The notes beneath the pieces were generated by a model that worked only from the letters and a program-made list of their open reading frames with translations, made no database searches and was not told the DNA's origin. From Ptychomitrium polyphyllum (lineage: Eukaryota): 64,000 bases of DNA. The translations under genes were made by a program, and so were the position numbers. The DNA lies in the NCBI GenBank assembly GCA_973851085.1, contig OZ316776.1:7626001-7690000 (forward strand), written 5' to 3'. Each line of letters opens with the position of its first letter. Within the stretch, counting starts at the first letter, position 1. Positions 59,977 through 64,000 of the stretch are shown here, piece by piece.

Positions 59977-62900
59977 ATGTTGGCTTCTCAGGCGCAGGTG
60001 CTGCTGGGGCAGCGGAATCCCGCGTCTGCGTTTCCGCATATCACTGGGTTGGGGAGGAGCCCGACGCTGCCGAGTAGGCGTGGGGAGGCATTGGGGAGGT
60101 CCAGAATTGGCCCGTTCTGCAGCAGGAGGAGATTTTCGTGCAGGGCGTTGGAGGGGCAGAAGCAAGCGGCGAAGTCGTCGCCGAAGGTGAGCTTGTTTGG
60201 GGCGGAGCAGCAGCTGTCGGGGCCGCAAAAGGTGCTGGAAGGGTTGCCGGCGCCCGCGCGCTATGTGTCGAGTGCGGTGATTGTGGCGGGGGCGTTGGCA
60301 GCGGGGTACTTGCTGGGGGGGCGCTACAAGGGCACCCAGGTTGCGGCAGTTGGAGGCGCTGTGGCGCTCGGGGCCGTGGGAGGCGCGGCCGTCGTTGCGT
60401 TCAATGCTGCGGCTCCGCAAGTTGCTGCCGTGCAGCTCAGAAACTCGCTGGTTAATCACTCGGATCCCACGAGCGTGACCCCTGCTGAAATCGATGGAAT
60501 TGCGAAGAGGTACGTTGTTCTTTCGTTTGTCTCACGATTTTTTGTTCCTTGGCGGGTTTGTAATAGTTTAGGTTTTGATGACGCATGGTTCTTAAGTTTT
60601 CCGGTTCAAGTGTTGCCTTTGTTTTGAATGAGAATTTTTAGTATTTGAGATTCTTAGATCGAGCATCTTTAGCGAATTTTCAAGCTTGATTGAAGTCTTC
60701 AGCGACGGTGTACAACGGTTAATATGTTTTAATGGCCTAGCATTGAATTTCTCAGGGTTTTAGCATAACGTCACGCATCGTTCTTTCATTTTGTTTCTGA
60801 AGCGCTTAGAAGAGAGCTTTTTTTTACAGCTGGTTAGTTTTTTTCTACTTTAATCCTTGGTGAGATGCACCATCAAGGTTTCAAATTCCAGGTTGTTCCC
60901 GCATTTCTCATCTCTGGATTCAGGGTTTTGTACCGACCTCTTTTAGAAAACGTTCATCATAATGTGGGCGCTCATTGAGGAGAAATAAGATTTAGTTTGA
61001 TTACGGGAGAGATAAGTCTCTGTTGGCTTCACTAAGTTTCGAACCTGCCTTGAGTCGGTGTAAGCCATTTAAACCTGTTCGAGGCTGTGGAGATGATCTA
61101 ACTGTGACTTCCCGGTGATTGATTGCAGGTATGGTATTAGTAGGCAAAACGAGAGGTATTTAGCTGAGATAAAGGACTTGTATGCCGGTTACGTCACGGG
61201 GGTATTGCCGCCCGGCAATGAGGATTTGAAGGGGGACGAAGTTGAAAAAATTATTGCATTCAAAAATGCTTTAGGTCTGGATGATCCTGATGCTGCTGCG
61301 ATGCACATCGAGGTACAATTCACCTTTTTATTGACTCGTGTTAACTGCCTCTACTGTCAATTCCTTGTGTCCACATTGTTTCCGATGTACTAGTTTGTTT
61401 TCTCCATCCAGGAAATTCCTCTGCTACGTCACTCATCTCAACCCCTGTTTACTCAGGGATATCGTCTGCAGCCTTGCAATTCTCTGGAAAAGCTGCATTA
61501 GGGTAATGTGTTTGAATTCAGACAGTGCCGTTGTTTTAGGCTGGAAAGAGTACGTCCGCTGGGTTTAGTAGTCTAGGCTGCATCTGACGTATCTTTCACA
61601 TTTAGTGTTCCTGTTTCGGTTTTTAATATTCTTTTGGGTGCAGTGGGCGCACCTTGATTCCTGGAGGCTTAACAACATTGTCATGGTTCTGCAGATTGGC
61701 AGACGCTTATTCAGGCAACGATTGGAAACTGGGGATCGTGAAGGTGCCATTGAGGAGCGCAGGGTACGCATTCGAAACCGTGTGCAGGTTATTTTGTTCC
61801 AATTGATCTTAATATGTCTGTATGTATTGGAACGAAATATTTTCATCAAATTTAGAAAAGCGAGGATCTACTGACTAGGGTATCTCCATGTCTGACAAGT
61901 TGACAATGCAAAGCCTTCATCCATATTGGTTAGTTATTAGCTGTAGTACTGTGAATGTCAGCCAGATGAGAGCAGCAACGCCTGCATTTTGTTCCTGTTT
62001 ATGCACTACTATGTAGACTGAAAATTCCTGCTTTGAGTACGTGCAGACATTTCAGAAGTTGGTATACGTATCAACTTTAGTTTTTGGTGAGGCTTCCAAG
62101 TTTTTACTTCCATGGAAGCGGGTTTTCAAAGTCACAGAATCTCAGGTTGATGTTGCAGTTCGGGATAATGCAACTCGCCTTTTTAATAAACAGCTTAGCA
62201 AAGTTGACAGAGGTATGCTTCTGCAGTTTTTTATAAGAAAGATGGGCATATGGTGCAACGCATGCGCCGCACAAACTTGTCAGAAGTTTAAATGTTCTGC
62301 ATAAGTAGGAAATTTTAAACGAAGATGTGAGTATTACTTCCGTATTGGTATTTGCTGGTCACTTGTACAGGGTAATTGGGTTTTTGACTCAGTTGTTTTA
62401 ATCTGCTGTCAAGATTACCCTCAAGGTTTACTCAATTACCTAAATTTCTGAAAGTCCTGGCACTTGGTATGATGCACTTAGCGGCCATTACTAACAGTGT
62501 TGTCAAATTTGTGTTGTAGATTTCGACATCCAGCACGTCAAAGACTTAAGAAAATATCAGCAAAAGCTGAAACTCACAGATGAGGTGATCTGCTTTCACT
62601 TGTTTTGGCAGAAGCTCTGCATAGCAGGATTACGGACGTTGAAATATTTGGAACATATGAATTTTCTTTCAATGTTGAATTTTTGTAATCTTTGATGATC
62701 CTCAAAGATCTTGGCAGTTTTTTCAAGCTATTCAAGCTGCATGTCTTGGGAAGCAAAATCTGTCTCTATAATTTTAAACGCATAGGTTCCAGATGGACTC
62801 ATGTTAGCTATCTTGTGTTGTAGGTTACTGCTGAAGTCTTCAGAACCCATGTTCAAAAGCAACTCGAAGAGCATATTACGGCTGCAATGGAAGTGTTGAA

Positions 62901-63968
62901 ATCACGGGCTCGCATCAAGTGCGTTGCTGTTCGTTTACTTGGAATTAATTTTCTTCGTTGCATTCTCCTCAACGCTCAACACTACCACTGCCACTCATTT
63001 TCATTTGCGTGCACATAACAAACCCTTTAGTTCTAGGAATTAAGGATATTTAAATGACTACCTTACTTTCTCTTTATGTATGGGATTTTCACGATCTGGG
63101 AGGGTTGACATGCGAATTTTTTATTATAAACAGAGATACCGCGAAAATAGTCAGAGAACTGGATGACGCATTGGCCTTTAATGGTAAATTGGCTTCTATT
63201 GCATCTCAAGCGGACGGCAGTGATCTTATACCTGGCATTGGCCCTATTAGTGTTCTAGGTATGGCCCATCCTTCACAGCCTTTCTGTTGCTGCATTGGTA
63301 CGAAACAAATGAGAAGACCTCTTTGTGGACAAGTGGATTTGCGACTGCTTCGGTTTTTCCTCCACTTTTGCGCTTCTAGATATGTGATTAGGGCCTGGGC
63401 ACTTGGTGGGACATAATTTATGGCTACTCTGATTGTATTGCAGGAGGGCAGTTTGAATCTGATCGACAGATGGATGATCTTAAACAATTATATCGCATCT
63501 ACTTGACTGAAGCTTTTGCTGGTGGCAAATTGGAGGACAGCAAGGTACAGATTTTAACCTATTGCTGTAAGGATATGTGAAGATTTTATAAATTTTCGAT
63601 GTTGGTAAGAATATATTTGGTGGCAGTGACTAAGGAATTGGACTGCCTTGGATAGACCTTTAATCTTGGAAGCAGCAAATGTTCTGGAGCATGTACCGTT
63701 CCTTAGAGTGTTTTGCCAAGAAATGACTAAATAGAAGGGATTTTGGAACAGGTAGCTGCATTGAGCCAGCTGAGAAATACTTTTGGAATGGGTAAGCGGG
63801 AGGCTGAAGATATTATGCAAGAAGTCACTGTGAAGATCTACAGGCGCATGTTAGCCAAAGCAGTGCAGAATGGTGACCTTGACGCTGCACCAAGCAAAGC
63901 AATGTTCCTGCAAAATCTTTGTGATACTCTGCAGTTTGATCCTGCCAAAGCTGGTGAAGTTCACGAAG
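59977..63968 (+). CDS. TIC110: Chloroplast inner envelope translocon TIC110 (5' part; continues beyond the window); exons 59977-60509, 61129-61312, 61695-61763, 62047-62212, 62520-62584, 62824-62918, 63134-63258, 63444-63544, 63752-63968
   Basis: Transit peptide and two Gly/Ala-rich TM helices; motifs LPPGNEDLKGDEVEKII.FKNALGLDDPDAAAMHIEIGRRLFRQRLETGDR, FQKLVYVSTLVFGEASKFLLPWKRVFKVT and LRNTFGMGKREAE. Confidence 0.96.
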
Positions 63969-64000
63969 GTAATATCTTAAAATCTTGTAAGTATCTACGC

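Overview
Eukaryotic land-plant nuclear DNA with spliceosomal GT-AG introns. Gene style and repeat content suggest a moss such as Physcomitrium patens (inference). The first ~18 kb is transposon-rich: a mosaic plastid-derived insertion (degenerate trnI-CAU, ndhB and psaJ fragments), then a full-length but inactivated Ty3/gypsy chromovirus (4377-12095, AAAGA target-site duplication) carrying a nested 1145-bp solo LTR of another family, then a solo LTR of the same chromovirus family. The rest holds an NPF (NRT1/PTR) transporter, a decayed TIR-NB pseudogene, a 10-exon lipoxygenase, a GT14-like/DUF266 glycosyltransferase, a small conserved WADQWD protein, RPS29, a PPPDE/DeSI peptidase, a kinase fragment, an intronless HAD hydrolase and the 5' part of TIC110. 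The most notable signals are inside the retroelement: a Tf1-like self-priming site instead of a tRNA primer-binding site, a slippery site plus pseudoknot for -1 gag-pol frameshifting, and a cryptic ~179-codon extra ORF between the chromodomain and the 3' LTR. Also notable are a ~200-nt fold-back hairpin at 49.1-49.3 kb and a higher-order 24-bp minisatellite upstream of RPS29. All calls come from reading the sequence by eye; no searches were run.
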